From positions 76,428,849-76,492,848 of the forward strand of contig NC_057719.1 in NCBI RefSeq assembly GCF_004010195.1: a stretch of 64,000 bases of DNA, in the 5' to 3' direction. A model generated the notes under the pieces. The model searched no databases. It was not told the DNA's origin and worked only from the letters and a program-made list of their open reading frames with translations. The stretch comes from Chiloscyllium plagiosum. Lineage: Eukaryota. The translations under genes and the position numbers were made by a program. Shown here one piece after another: positions 1 to 12,904 of the stretch; within the stretch, counting starts at the first letter, position 1; each line of letters starts with the position of its first letter.

Positions 1-830
1 TTCCCCAATTGTAAAACCTACCCTGTTGCATGCCCCTCTCTCTCTCTCCATAACCAATTTGAAAGTCACAGAATTGTGGTCACCCATCACCAAAATGTTC
101 ACCCACTAACAGGCCCATCACTTGTCCTGGTTCGTTACCTAGTACCAAATCCAATATGGCCTCCCCTCTGGTTGGACAATCTACATACTGTGTTAGAAAA
201 GCTTCCTGGACACACTGCACAAACACCGCCCCGTCCAATCTACTTGTTCTAAAGAGCTTCCAATCAATATTTGGGAAGTTGAAATCGCCCATGACTACTA
301 CCCTGTGGCTTCTGCACCTTTCCAAAATCTGTTTCCCAATCTGTTTCTCCACATCTCTGCTGCTATTGGGGGGCTTATACTAAACACCCAACAAGGTGAC
401 TGCTCCTTTCCTTTTTCTGACTTCAGCCCATACTACTTCCAAAGGCAGATCCCCCTCGAACTGCCTCTCTGCAGCCGTTATACCATTTCTAATTAGCAAC
501 GCCACCCCCCCCCCCCCCAATCTTACTGAAACATCTGTAACCAGGAACCTCCAACAACCATTCCTGTCCCTCTTCTATCCACGTTTCCGTGATGGCCACA
601 ACATCGTAGTCCCAGGTTACGATCCACGCCTGAAGTTCACCCACCTTATTTCTGATACTCTTTGCATTGAAGTATACACACTTGAATCCATCTGTGTCCG
701 CAAGTATTCCCTGTCAGTGCTACCTTCTCCACAGCCTACCTACATTCTTGGACATCCTGACAAACAGCTAGCCTACTTGCTGGACTACAAGTCCAGATCC
801 CATCCCCCTGCCAAATTAGTTTAAACCCCT
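1..830 (-). mobile_element. CR1/HER1-type LINE fragment, APE endonuclease region
   Basis: Minus ORF 80..352 reads VVVMGDFNFPNIDW...FLTQYVDCPTRGEAILDLVLGN, typical CR1 endonuclease motifs. Confidence 0.9.
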
Positions 831-939
831 CCCCCCCCCCACCCAAAGAGTGCTAGCAAACCTACCTCCCAGGATATTGGTGCCCTTCTGGTTCAGGTGA
901 AAAAGTCACAGTCCTGAGATAACTTAAGGGTTTATCAGA

Positions 940-1180
940 GGATTAAAAGAAGGTGATTAAAGACTTAACAGCCACCTAGGTTTATCTAATACATTGCATC
1001 AGTTGTATGACACTTTGATCTTTTACTTATAAATTCTGTGTTCTATGTACCTGACAAAGCAGCAGCAGCGCTCCAAAAGCTTGTATTCTCAAATAAACCT
1101 GCTGGACTATAACTTTGCTCAATTTTAACTTTGATTTTTAACTTTGCTCAGCCCACTCCAATACCAGCACCTCCACATAA
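940..1180 (+). mobile_element. Penelope-like element terminal fragment with degenerate hammerhead core
   Basis: ctgacaaagcagcagcagcgctccaaaagc...aaataaacctgctggactataac; same family as 4745-4857 and 14272-14424. Confidence 0.6.
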
Positions 1181-1799
1181 TTGGAAAGGAACGAGAAGTT
1201 AGGCACAGAATGAAAGTTTGTAAGGATCCAGGAGTCACAAGCTGATTTTTAAATGAGAAGAGTGACAATGGCAAATTTAAAGGTGATGGGGCAGTACCAG
1301 AGAAGAGAAAATCTTGAATAACATTGGGACTGAGAAGGAAAATTGGGTGGTAATCAGATTACCAGGAACAACAATACCAGGAGTGGGGCTTCTGGACAAG
1401 ATGAGCTGAGACAGTTAAATAGAAAAGCTAGGAGAGAAGTTAGGGAGAGGCGTAAGTACAGGATCGGAAGGCTGGGAGATCCTTAGAACAAAACATCAAG
1501 AGATAAAGAGTCTTGCAGATTCTGCCAATTATAATAAATGGTACAAAGGCAAGCTGTGCAGATAAAATGAACAAAAATGAAACTTGGTATATAAGCTAAT
1601 AAAGACACGAACAGGGGTAGGCTCCTTGTTAAGATACAATTCTAATGCTCAAAGTAATAAACATGCAGAGGCAAGCAAAACAAAAAAAAACCATGACAAT
1701 AGCCTGGATTTTTGGCACTGGACATATGCTTTGTTCGCTCCTCCGCAGCACAGTCAGGGCACCCAGCCTCCAGGAGGGAGACACCCAGAGACACACTCA

Positions 1800-2205
1800 C
1801 TTCTGCTTTCCCCAACTCCAGGTCAGAGACACTGTGACTGGTGTGAGACTCAAGGATCCACTGATGGGTCCACTGCTTTTAGTCATTTATATAAATGATT
1901 TAGATGTGAACATAGGAGGTATAATTAGAAGGTTTACAGATGACACCAAAATTGGAGGTGTAGTGGACAGCGAAGAAGGTTACCTCAGAGTAACCTGGGG
2001 TGGGGGAGTCCAGAACTATAGGGCATAGGTGTGGAGTGAGAGGGGCAAGATTTTAAAAGGGATCTAAGGGGCAATATTTTCCACGCAGAGGGTGGTGCAT
2101 ATATGGAAAGAGCTGCCAGAGGATGAGGCTGGTACAATTACAGCATTTAAAAGGCATCTGGATGGGTATATGACTAGGGAGGGTTTAAAGGGATATGGGA
2201 CGAGA
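1800..2205 (+). mobile_element. CR1/HER1 LINE fragment (RT plus 3' region); its tail resumes at about 3227-3305
   Basis: [38 protein letters not shown] in ORF 1645..2028. Confidence 0.85.
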
Positions 2206-2209
2206 TTAC

Positions 2210-3226
2210 AGTCATAGTGATAGAGATGTACAGCATTGAAACAAACCCTTCGGTCCAACCCGTCCATGTCGACCAGACATCCCAAACCAATCTCGTCCCA
2301 CCTGCCAGCATCCGGCCCATATCTCTCTAAACCCTTCCTATTCATATACCCACCCAGGTGCCTTTTAAATGTTGCAATTGTACCAGCCTCCACCACTTCC
2401 TCTGGCAGCTCATTCCATATATGTAACACCCTGTGTGTGAAAAAGTTGCCCCTTAGGTCTCTTTTATATCTTTGCCCTCTCACCCTAACCCTATGTCCTC
2501 TAGTTCTGGACTCCCCAAACCCAGGGAAAAGACTTTGTCTATTTATCCTACCCATGACCCTCATAATTTTGTAAACCTCTATAAGGTCACCCCTCAGCCT
2601 CTGACACTACAGGGAAAACAGCCCCAGCCTGCTCAGCCTCTCCCTATAGCTCAAATCTCCCAACGTTGGCAACATCCTTGTAAATCTTTTCTGAACCCTT
2701 TCACAACAGCTTTCCGATTGGAAGACCAGAATTGCACGTAATACTCCAACAGTGGCCTAACCAATGTCCTGTACAGACGCAATATGACCTCCCAACTCCT
2801 GTACTCAATACTCTGACCAATAAAGGAAAGCATTTCAAACGCCTTCTTCATTATCCTATCTACCTGTGACTCCACGTTCAAGGAGTTATGAACCCGCACT
2901 CCAAGGTCTCTTTGTTCAGCAACACTCCCTAGGTCCTTACCATTAAGTGTATAAATCCTGCTAAGATTTGCTTTCCAAAAATGCAGCACTTGGCATTTAT
3001 CTGAATTAAACTCCATTGGCCACTTCTCAGCCCATTGGCCCATCTGGTCAAGATTCTGTTGTTATTTGAGGTAACAGATAACAACACTCCAATTTTCCAA
3101 TTGGAGGTGTCCACTACACCTCCAATTTTGGTGTCATCTGCAAACTTACTAACTGTACCTCTTATGCTCGCATCCAAATTAATTATGTAAACGACAAAAA
3201 GTAGAGGACCCAGCACTGATCCTTGT
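2210..3226 (-). mobile_element. 5'-truncated CR1/HER1 LINE nested in the opposite-strand copy
   Basis: [67 protein letters not shown]. Confidence 0.92.
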
Positions 3227-3359
3227 GGAGATTAATGTAGAATATCTGGCTGGCATGATGAGTTGGACTGAAGCATCTGTTTCCATGCTGTACATTTCTA
3301 TAACTCTCACCTCTGCTTCCGTCTACCACCTCTTCCCGAATCGAGATGCCCTACCTCCG

Positions 3360-3719
3360 CCTACCCCCCCAGAATGGAGACACCCTCATCTCAGTCTTCG
3401 CCTACCCCCCAGAATGGAGACACCCTCATCTCAGTCTTCGCCTACCCCCCAGAATGGAGACACCCTCATCTCAGTCTTCGCCTACCCCCCAGAATGGAGA
3501 CACCCTCATCTCAGTCTTCGCCTACCCCCCAGAATGGAGACACCCTCATCTCAGTCTTCGCCTACCCCCCAGAATGGAGACACCCTCATCTCAGTCTTCG
3601 CCTACCCCCCAGAATGGAGACACCCTCATCTCAGTCTTCGCCTACCCCCCAGAATGGAGACACCCTCATCTCAGTCTTCGCCTACCCCCCAGAATGGAGA
3701 CACCCTCATCTCAGTCTTC
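3360..3719. repeat. 40-bp minisatellite (cctaccccccagaatggagacaccctcatctcagtcttcg), about 9 identical units running into an N gap; degenerate units flank it (about 3303-3360 and 3984-4345)
   Basis: Direct 40-nt periodicity. Confidence 0.97.
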
Positions 3720-3983
3720 NNNNNNNNNNNNNNNNNNNNNNNNNNNNNNNNNNNNNNNNNNNNNNNNNNNNNNNNNNNNNNNNNNNNNNNNNNNNNNNNN
3801 NNNNNNNNNNNNNNNNNNNNNNNNNNNNNNNNNNNNNNNNNNNNNNNNNNNNNNNNNNNNNNNNNNNNNNNNNNNNNNNNNNNNNNNNNNNNNNNNNNNN
3901 NNNNNNNNNNNNNNNNNNNNNNNNNNNNNNNNNNNNNNNNNNNNNNNNNNNNNNNNNNNNNNNNNNNNNNNNNNNNNNNNNNN
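3720..3983. other. Assembly gap (N run)
   Basis: Run of n. Confidence 1.
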
Positions 3984-4337
3984 CTCGCCTTCCCAACCCC
4001 CCACAAATGGAGACATCCTCACCTTGACCTTCCCCACCCCTCCAAAGGAGGCACCCTCACCTCCGCCTTTCCTACTCCCCTCCCCCAATAGAGACATCCT
4101 CACCTCTGTCTACCACGCCCCTCCCCCAAACGGAGACAACCTCGCCTTCCCCTCCCTCGAATGGAGGCACCCTCACCATCGTCTATTACCATGTCCTGAA
4201 TGGAGACACCTCCACCTCCACCACCCACCCAAATGGAGACACCCCCATCCACTCCTCCACAATGACCTCCCCCATGGAAAGATCTCCGTTCCCATGCCCC
4301 CCCTGGGGGTACCCCCGCCGAATGGAGACACTCTCAC

Positions 4338-4359
4338 CTCTGCTGTCAACCGTCGCCAT
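4338..4359 (-). CDS. MED6: Mediator complex subunit 6, first coding exon (MATVDSR + phase-1 G)
   Basis: Minus strand gacATGGCGACGGTTGACAGCAGAG|GTGAGA: good Kozak context and canonical donor. Matches the recalled MED6 N-terminus MAAVDIRD, lies in a CpG island and is divergent from TTC9 as in human. Later exons not seen. Confidence 0.72.
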
Positions 4360-4570
4360 GTCCGCCCGTTGCCGCCGCGCGCGCACACACACGCAACGCG
4401 TCACCAGCCCGTGGCGCAGCCTGATGACGTCAGTCCCGACCCTGCCTGGGGCTCGGATGCGGGTCGCAGTGTCCTCCCGGACAGTGGAGGGGGCGGAGGG
4501 GAGGTGGGCATGTGGTAAAACCTGCGGTGAGGCTGCAGGCTGAATGTTTACCGCACTTTGGCCGGTGTTT
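4345..4570 (-). promoter_or_regulatory. CpG-rich promoter with full CRE (TGACGTCA 4425-4432) and GC box (GGGCGG 4491-4496)
   Basis: Local CpG density and exact motifs immediately upstream of the putative MED6 ATG. Confidence 0.75.
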
Positions 4571-4744
4571 TTTTTTAAATGTTCTTCCCCACCCACACAC
4601 ATATATAAATTATGACAGGTGTAGCCTGCCCATAGCCTTTCTGCCCTCCCCTCACTCGGAGCCTGTGGTTCGACAAGTTGACGCTCATTTGGTCTCTTGA
4701 GACCTTTAAGCGGCGCTCGTCCACCCCCAGGACCTCAGGAGTAT

Positions 4745-4857
4745 AACCACCTGATGAAGGAGTAGTGCTCTGAAAGCTCCCAATTAAACCTGTTGGACTA
4801 TAACCTGGTGTGTGATTTTGTACACTCCAGTCCAACACCGGCATCTCCAAATCATGT
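4745..4857 (+). mobile_element. Penelope-like terminal fragment with hammerhead-like core
   Basis: cctgatgaaggagtagtgctctgaaagc followed by the family tail cctgttggactataacctgg. Confidence 0.7.
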
Positions 4858-4865
4858 ACTGTATA

Positions 4866-5440
4866 AATCTAGTCCCATTTGCCAGCGTTTGGCCTGTATC
4901 CTTCTAAACCCTTACTATTCATCTAACCAGCCAGATGCCTTTTAAATGTTGATCTTACCAGCCTCCACTACTTCTTCTGGGCAAAAACAAGGACTGCAGA
5001 TGCTGGAAACCAGATTCTAAATTACAGTGGTGCTGGAAAAGCACAGCAATTCAGGCAGCGTCCAAGGAGCAGGAAAATCAACGTTTCGGGAACAAGCTAT
5101 TCCTGATGAAGAGCTTTTGCCCGAAACGTCGATTTTCCTGCTCCTCGGATGCTGCCTGAACTGCTGTGCTTTTCCAGCACCACTGTAATCTAGAATCCAC
5201 TACTTCCTCTGGCAGCTCATTTCATACACGTACTATGCTCTGCATGAAACAAGTTGCCTCTTGGGTCCCACTTAAACCTTTCCCCTCTAATGTTAAACCT
5301 ATGCCCTTTAGTTTTGGACTCTTCCATTCCCAGGGTAAAGACCTTGCCTATTTACCCTATCCATGCTCCTCATGATTTTATAAAACCCCTATAAGGTCAC
5401 CCCTCAGCCTCCGATGCTCCAGGTAAAATAGCCCCAGTCT
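4866..5440 (-). mobile_element. CR1/HER1 3' fragment interrupted by a Penelope-like insertion
   Basis: Same 3' sequence as 2210-2640 on both sides of 4981-5197. Confidence 0.85.
4981..5197. mobile_element. Penelope-like inverted-repeat insertion with minimal type I hammerhead ribozyme (5103-5130)
   Basis: Inverted arms of about 78 bp (5013-5090 / 5120-5197); CTGATGA-agagc-tttt-gccc-GAAAC-GTC; flanking 16-bp repeat ccactacttc(t/c)tctgg. Confidence 0.75.
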
Positions 5441-5821
5441 ATTCTGACTTCAGTTCTGGAATTTTGCATCAAAGGGCTGGCATCCCATTCTCTGCTTGTG
5501 CAGGCCATCCATCGCTTAATAGCTGGAAATTGGTGGGGCAGGGGGAGCTGGCAAGTCACCATTGCCACCTGCACAATTTGGCCCCAGGTGTGACAAACTG
5601 CAACCTCAGGGTTCCATGTTGATTTGCCCATGTTCTGAACATCCATAAATTCTGATCAGATTCAGAGAGATAATGGTGATGAATGCTGACAAGTTGTCAT
5701 CGCCACTGTTCCAAAAAATTCAAGAACAAAGTGTCAAAGGAAACTTAAAGAAAAAACCTTCATAGCGTCATTGGACTTTTCCTTCATCCTCACTTCTGAG
5801 GGTTAGGCCGTGGCCTTCAAT

Positions 5822-5916
5822 CAAGATTAGGGTGGTGCTCGAAATGCACAGCAGGTCAGGCAGCATCCGAGGAGCAGGAAAATCGACGTTTCAGGCAAAA
5901 GCCCTTCCTCAGGAAT
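5822..5916 (-). mobile_element. Penelope-like fragment with hammerhead core
   Basis: Reverse complement cctgaggaagggcttttgcctgaaacgtcgatttt. Confidence 0.7.
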
Positions 5917-6764
5917 GCTTTGCAATGTTGTAAATACTGTTCAATTGAAGGTATCATGCTGAATTATACCAGCAGAGGGACTCTGCAAGCAGAAGTAGAA
6001 AGTAAGAAACTTTGAATATAGGAACCATGTTGTTTGTGTTCTTTTAATTCTTCTCTATCACAGGCTATTTCTATTCCTGAGAATTTCACATTAGTGATAA
6101 GAATAATCCAAATATGAAGGCATGTATCTTTTGGAAAGGTCTTGCCTCACGTCTGCTGAGAAAAATGTTGCCTAAGACATTTAAAGCTTCAGGGTTAGAA
6201 AATTAAGCTGTTTTAAAGCTACACAGACTTAGAAGAGTGAAGCAGGAAAGCTTTCCAAACAAATTCATTCACTACTGCTGAGAAAAATAATATTGTCTAT
6301 GCCCGATCTACCATATATAGCCTTTTGGAGTATATCTGGAACCATCAGTTGCATTCCCACATTAGCAAATGTAGCTTTGGCTTTTGAAAACAAGTTTTTC
6401 CTATCACAGACGATAAAAGACAAAATATTTCACTTTTCCATTGCAGCTGTGTTGAAGCAAAAGATATTCTTGGAATATTTAACTCCAAAATGCCTACAGT
6501 TCAGCTACAAAGGCACTATCGTTCTATTCTAGAGTCAGTAAGAATACAATACATGAGACAATTGTCTTCAGATGCACAAAGCATAAAACAAATGAAACAT
6601 CTGAACAGTTTAGCACCTGCTTGAGGCAAATAGCAGCCAAATGTGAGTTTGGTGAAGCTGAACTTGTCAGAAGAGAAGTCAAAACGTAAATAGTTGAAGG
6701 TTCAACCTTCACCAAACAGTATTAGAGAGACAGAACACTCAGAATTGTTGGAGCTAGCAAGGTC

Positions 6765-6886
6765 AACACCTCATTGGACAAGCATATGGACAAACATAGA
6801 TGGGCTTCAGATTGGTATGACAGGTCGGCGGAACATCGAGGGCCGAAGGGCCTGTACTGCGCTGTAATGTTCTATGTTTTATGTTT
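6765..6886 (+). mobile_element. CR1-type LINE 3' tail
   Basis: gggccgaagggcctgtactgcgctgtaatgttctatgttttatgt terminal hairpin and microsatellite. Confidence 0.7.
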
Positions 6887-7157
6887 GTTCTGAGTGCACA
6901 GCTGTAGCAATTGAGTCTACTAACAATGAAGACAACACCCCACATTTTCTAATGTGCCAAGAAATCACCTGAACAGCTGTCAAATAGAACCAAGAATATG
7001 GTTAGAGATTGATGCCTTGCCTGTGTGTGCATGTGCGTGCGTTCGTGACAGGGTGGGGATGTTTTTTTTTCAGTGTTTAAAAGAGGTACAGTGACTTCCA
7101 GGGGTATAAGTAAAGGGTCATCTCTCCAGCTTAATATTCGCTACTGAGCATTTATTA

Positions 7158-7445
7158 ACATTCATTCATGGGATTAGGCCTGTTGAGTGGCTTGCTAGGC
7201 TATTTCAATTAAGAGTTTGGAATCAAAAGTAAGCTTGACCAGGAAAAGGATGGTAGACGTCCTTCCCTAAAGGGTATTAGTGATCCAGATAGCTAATGAC
7301 GGCAATTGATTGTCAGTTGCATGGTCATCATTAGACTAGATTTTAATTCCAGATTGTTATTTAATTCAAATTTCTATATTGCCATAGTGGGATTCAAACC
7401 CATATCTCCTGGGTCTTTGAACTACTAGTCCAGTGACATCACAAA
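7158..7445 (-). mobile_element. tRNA-derived SINE, degenerate (same family as 10845-11200)
   Basis: ccttccctaaagggtattagtga...gggattcaaaccc...actagtccagtgaca. Confidence 0.6.
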
Positions 7446-8674
7446 TCTATAGTTTTCTCTTGTTGAATTTAATGACTTAAACTTTGATTTATATTCATTA
7501 TTAATGTCATCTATATTAAGTTTGGGTTAGTGACATAAGTTTTCTGTGTGACTGAATTTGATAATTAACTTGTAAGTATTTCTGTAAAATCATAAAACCA
7601 TACAGAATTTACAGTACAGAACAGGCCATTTGACCTATTATTTCTGTACCAGTTCCTGAAAGAGTTAGTCCTATTCTCCATAGCCTTATCTCCATAGCCC
7701 TCTAAATTCATCACTTTCAAATATATGTCCAGCTCTCTTTTGAAACCTCATGAAATCCCTCAGCAAGATGCAAATGTGAACAAATCAGTAAAACATTTCA
7801 GAGTTTCAATTTCAGACCCATTAGGTAGGTTGAAAATAATAAAGTGCTAAAACAGTTATTGTTCCAACTATTATGCACAGCAAGATCCCAGAGGCTGCAA
7901 TATGTCAGAGGAGACATAATTTTTCTCTAGGGCCTGGTTAGGTTAAATATTTTCTGCAAATGCTGTGCAATAACCTCAAAGGCCTTTCCCTCTCTACCAC
8001 TTTCATTCTCATCTCTTTTTCCAATGACTCTCACAACCATCATTTTATCAAACTGTCCTTCACACATTATTACTCTGACATTATAATGAGTCTTTAAGAT
8101 AGGGTTTCACATTTAGTATTTTGATTTAGTCTTTGAGGAGTCATGTCTGGTATAGGGGGCTAACATGTTTATGTCAAATTATAAGGTTTAGTTACTTTAA
8201 TGCCAGGTTTCAAACATTTTGAAAACTACGAGGCTGCAGGACACAGAAACCCTTAAAAAATGGAAATTAAACATCAGGATAATAAATAGACACAACTCAC
8301 AAGGTGCCGCAAGATGCATCCTGTTAAACAGGCTTCGGGCCTCAGGGGTGTGTTCCCTATGGAGCATGCTCTCATTCAAAGTTGTCTTGGTCCCAAGCTT
8401 TCCCTTTTTGGATCTTCAAATGAACAAAAATCTGTGGGTCATGTGTAACTTTGGCAGTACCGATGTATTCGTGTTTATCTTAGGATGTTTTACAAGTTGG
8501 CAAGGTAACCATTATGCTTCAAAGGCTGGTAGAAATTTCTAGAGTTAGGGGTTTTTAAAAGTTTCAGGGGAAACATCCATAAGCCTAGGAAGAGACCTTT
8601 TTTTAAAATTTTATTTTGGGCAGTTCCATGAAATCTTTGTTTGGAGATGGTTATATAGAGCAGTGCTTTCACCC

Positions 8675-9575
8675 AAAACCTCTGCCCTCTAGTCCTGGAC
8701 TTCCCCTCCCAGGGAAAAGACTTGGTCTGTTTATCCTATCCATGTCCCTCATGATTTTATAAACCTCTATGAAGTCACCCCTCAGCCTTCAATGCTCCAG
8801 GGAAAACAGCCCCAGCCTATTCAGCCTCTCCCCGTAGCTCAAATCCTCCAACCCGGGCAATATCATCGTAAGTCTTTTCTGAACCCTTTCAAGTTTCACA
8901 ACATCCTGAGACCAGAATTGCACACAATATTCCAAAAGTGGCCTAACCAATGTGCTGTACAGCCGTAACATGACCTCCCAACTACTATACTCAGTGCTCT
9001 AACCAATAAAGGAAAGCATACCAAACGCCTTTTTCACTATCCTATCTGCCTGTGACTCTACTTTCAAGGAGCTATGAACCTGCACTCCAAGGTCTTCTTG
9101 TTCAGCAACACTCTCTAGGATCTTACCATTAAGTGTATAAGTCCTACTAAGATTTGCTTTCCCAAAAATGCAAAACTTTGCATTTATCTCAATTAAACTC
9201 CATCTGCCATTTCTCAGCCCATTGGCCCATCTGATCAAGATCCTGTTGTAATCGGAGGTAACGTTCGCTGTTGACTAAATCCTCCAATTTTGGTGTGACC
9301 TGCAAACTTACTAACTATACCTCCTACGTTCATATCCAAATCATTTATGTAAATGACAAAAAGTAGAGGACCCAGCACCAATCCTTGTGGCATTCCACTG
9401 GTCACAGGACTCCAGTCTGAAAAACAACCCTCCACCACCAACCTCTGTCTTCTACCTTGGAGCAAGTTCTGTATCCAAATGGCTAGTTCTCCCTGTATTC
9501 TATGAGATCTAACCTTACCAACCAGTCTCCCATGGGGAATCTTTGTCAGACGCCTTACTGAAGTCCATATAGTCC
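8675..9575 (-). mobile_element. CR1/HER1 LINE RT fragment
   Basis: [54 protein letters not shown]. Confidence 0.92.
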
Positions 9576-9759
9576 TGGTGCATGTGGAGACGAGTTGGCG
9601 TGGCATTCCAAAGGAATGAGAAGGCAGCACTAAGGGTATGTAGAGTTAGTGCTGTAGGAGGCTGAGGGGAAAGAGCCTTGGTGGGGATTAGCAGCACGAG
9701 CAGAGATAGAGTGAGTGTGAGTTGGTAGAGAGAAGAATGTGGCACATACCCCCTGGCAG

Positions 9760-9965
9760 AGAAGAGACTATCTTTGTCCTTGCAGCATTGCTGACCATTC
9801 AAATGCACCCTGGACATGGCACTAACCCAAGCAGCCACCTCAGGCACAGTCTGCTGGCGTCTCCTCCTCTGCTAGTCTTCCTGGAAGAGGTTACCTCTTT
9901 GTTACACCACCTAACCACTCCAACCTCCTGTCAGAGAAACATCGTGCCATCTTCCCCTTCACCAT
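9760..9965 (-). mobile_element. Degenerate Myb/SANT-like coding remnant, probably PIF/Harbinger-derived
   Basis: MVKGKMARCFSDRRLE...EVAAWVSAMSRVHLNGQQCCK pattern with frameshifts. Confidence 0.55.
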
Positions 9966-10844
9966 GTTCAGATTCTGTTCATCAATGAGCAGGGCAACTT
10001 TGAAAAGCTAATGCTAAGCCTGATTTATTGCATGTTTTAATGATGGGAAGGACACAATGGATGTCAGTCATTGCACAGAGCAAAGCATTATTCCAGAAAT
10101 GGTGCATGGTAAGACAGGGCACAAGTTGAACTTGGGAGACACCCATATGACGAGGTGGGTAATTAATAAAGTGAGTTTGCTAAGATAGGATGAGTAAGAT
10201 AGATCTTGTCATGAGAAACCCTCCCAAAAGTTCAACACAACTCGAACTTTGTCAAAGAAGTGTAAGATTCAACCCATAGAAACTGATGACTCTCAGTCAT
10301 TCATATGATAATTTAGTAAAGGTCAACTAAAGAATATTACCCAGGGCTACTTTATTTCAATGTAATTAACCTTCTCCATTTTGTATAATTCTATTTCTCC
10401 AGTGCATTAATTTTGTAATATTTGAATTTTGTTGGGTTGGTACCAGCAACTTACATTTATATAGTATCTATTCCAAGATACTGAAGCAGAGTTCATGCCA
10501 TGATGAAGGCTTATTGTATGTTATTATTGTTATTATTTGGAAGCTTGGTCTAATCACAATGAATAAAAAAAAAAGACATCATGCACTTTAATATGAAGCA
10601 AATTTATTAACTTAATATATATTAGAGACATATAAACTAATGAGTGAATAAATTAGCTTAAGCTACATAACGTACATACATACGAATAAGTGAATCCCAC
10701 ACTGCCTTCTGTTATCGAGGTCTTTGGTGACGATGGCACTTGGAGCTCTATCTCAGAATCCATGTCACCAGTCTCATAACACCAGCCCAGTGGTGAAATG
10801 TGCAATGAGTAGGACAAAGACCATGATATTAATACTTTGTTTTC

Positions 10845-11200
10845 TTTATTCATTCACAAGAAGAGGGTGTCACTAGCTAGGCAACATTTATTGCCCATCC
10901 CTAATTGCCCAGAGGGCAGTTAAGAGTCAACCACATTGCTGTGGGTCTGGAGTCACATGTAGGCCAGACCAGCTAAAGGATAGCAGCTTCCTTCCCTAAA
11001 GGACATTAGTGAACCACATGGATTTTTCTGACAATCCACAATGGATTCATGGTCATAATTGAACTCCTAGTTCCAGATTTTTTTTATTGAATTCAAATTC
11101 TACAACTTGCCATGGCAGGATTTGAACCCAGCTCCCCAAAACATTATCTGGGTGTCGAGATAAATAGTTCAGTAATAATACAATTAAGCCATCACCTCTC
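10845..11200 (-). mobile_element. tRNA-derived SINE with CR1-like tail (SacSINE1-like)
   Basis: B-box-like ggatttgaaccc; tail atttattgcccatccctaattgccc shared with LINE ends at 31745 and 43230. Confidence 0.65.
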
Positions 11201-11467
11201 CCAATACTATTGAGTCTAAGAATCTCTATTTTGTGATACTCTCAGTGCTTTTCCAGACATTCCGTTGTGCAGAAAATAAGTTGAAAATATTTCAAGGCAG
11301 CTCTGTGTTCACTGAAAAAAAAAGTTCCCACAGCCAGTCAAGGTTATGCAGCTACATCCCAGCCAAACAAGCATGTTTCCCGCACCAGGCCTATTTTCAT
11401 GTACTTTTTCACTTCGCTTCAATTGCTCATTGTCATGTACAATTCACCCTTAACTATTAACCCTTAA

Positions 11468-12190
11468 TAGAATCATAGAGTCATAAGGATGTACAGCACA
11501 AAAACAGACCCTTTTGTCCAACCCGTCCATGCCGACCAGATGTCCCAACCCAATCTAGTTCCCACCTGCCAGCACCTGGCCCACATCCTCTAAACCCTTC
11601 CTATTCATATACCCATCCAAATGCCTTTTAAATGTTGCAATTGTACCAGCCTCCACCACTTCCTCTGGCAGCTCATTCCATACATGTACCACCCTTTGTG
11701 TGAAAAAAGTTGCTCCTTAGGTCTCTTTTATATCTTTCCCCACTCACTCTAAACCTATGCCCTCTAATTCTGGATTCCCCCACCCCAGGGAAAAGACCTT
11801 ATCTATTTATCCTATCCATGCCTCTCATGATTTTATAAACTTCTATAAGGTCATCCCTTAGCCTCTGACACTCCAGGGAAAACAGTCCCAGCCTGTTTAG
11901 CCTCTTCCTATAGCTCAAATCATCCAACCCCGGCAACACCCTTGTAAATCTTTTCTTGAACCCTTTCAAGTTTCACAACATCATTCTGATAGGAAGGAGA
12001 CCAGAATTGCACACAATATTCCAAAAGTGGCCTAACAGCCAACGCATGATCTCCCAACTGCTGTACTCAGTACTCTGACCAATAAAGGAAAGCATACCAA
12101 ACGCCTTCTTCACTATCCTATCTACCTGCGACTCTACTTTCAAGGAGCTATGAACCTGCACACTTTGTTCAGCAACACTCCCTAGGTCTG
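11468..12190 (-). mobile_element. 5'-truncated CR1/HER1 LINE
   Basis: VHSSLKVESQVDRIVKKAFGMLSFIG and a 3' end matching 2210-2900. Confidence 0.9.
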
Positions 12191-12904
12191 AATCTATACA
12201 TTTTTAAGCCCAATACTACAATGCGTTAAGATAGGAAAGGCATAGATCTAGTTTCATTTTTGATTCTCTGAGAGGCATAGGAGTGTCTGGAAATTTGTTT
12301 ACATGCATTTAAATGGGGCTTTTAAAAGTCTTGAGGTGAATGGTTCAGTCCTTTGGAGACAAGAGTAGAACAGAAGAAAGTATTGAACTGGTGCATAGCA
12401 ACAAAGGTGCCATGACTCATGCAGACAGAGGCAGAACCAAGGTCTTTAGAATGGTCAAGTGAGTGTGTAGGTTCTTTCAGCGAGAGGAGCAGTTAATTCA
12501 AAGCATTAAAGGCCTCCATTATGAGCAGCACAGTTTAGCCGCTGCCAAACAGTCAGGATAGAAGAAAAATCCAATGTGGTTTAATGTCAAAAAGAAAGAA
12601 ATCTCTCAAAACTGAGCATTTGGAAGAGGTGCTAAGGAACCCATGTTAATAAATAAGTGAGTTATGCTCATTGTTTAAGGGTGTCAAGAAGACTTTACAA
12701 AAGTAGTTTTAAATGAATGAATAAATTTGCCATAAAGAAATCAGTTACAACCACACATAATGAACAAAGAAGTTAAAACTGGAAACAGGTGACCTGGCAC
12801 TGAGATTTGAAGTTTGCAAGATTGTTGAGGATAAACAAGTTGAATATTTATTTCTGAAATTTATTACATGACTTTCAAGTGATTCTCATCCATTTCTTTT
12901 CTAA

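Noticed and set aside
3360..3719. CRISPR-like periodic repeat
   Set aside because: Contiguous identical units with no spacers, in a eukaryotic context
3225..4518. Long ORFs of 217-390 aa
   Set aside because: Produced by a stop-free minisatellite and the N gap
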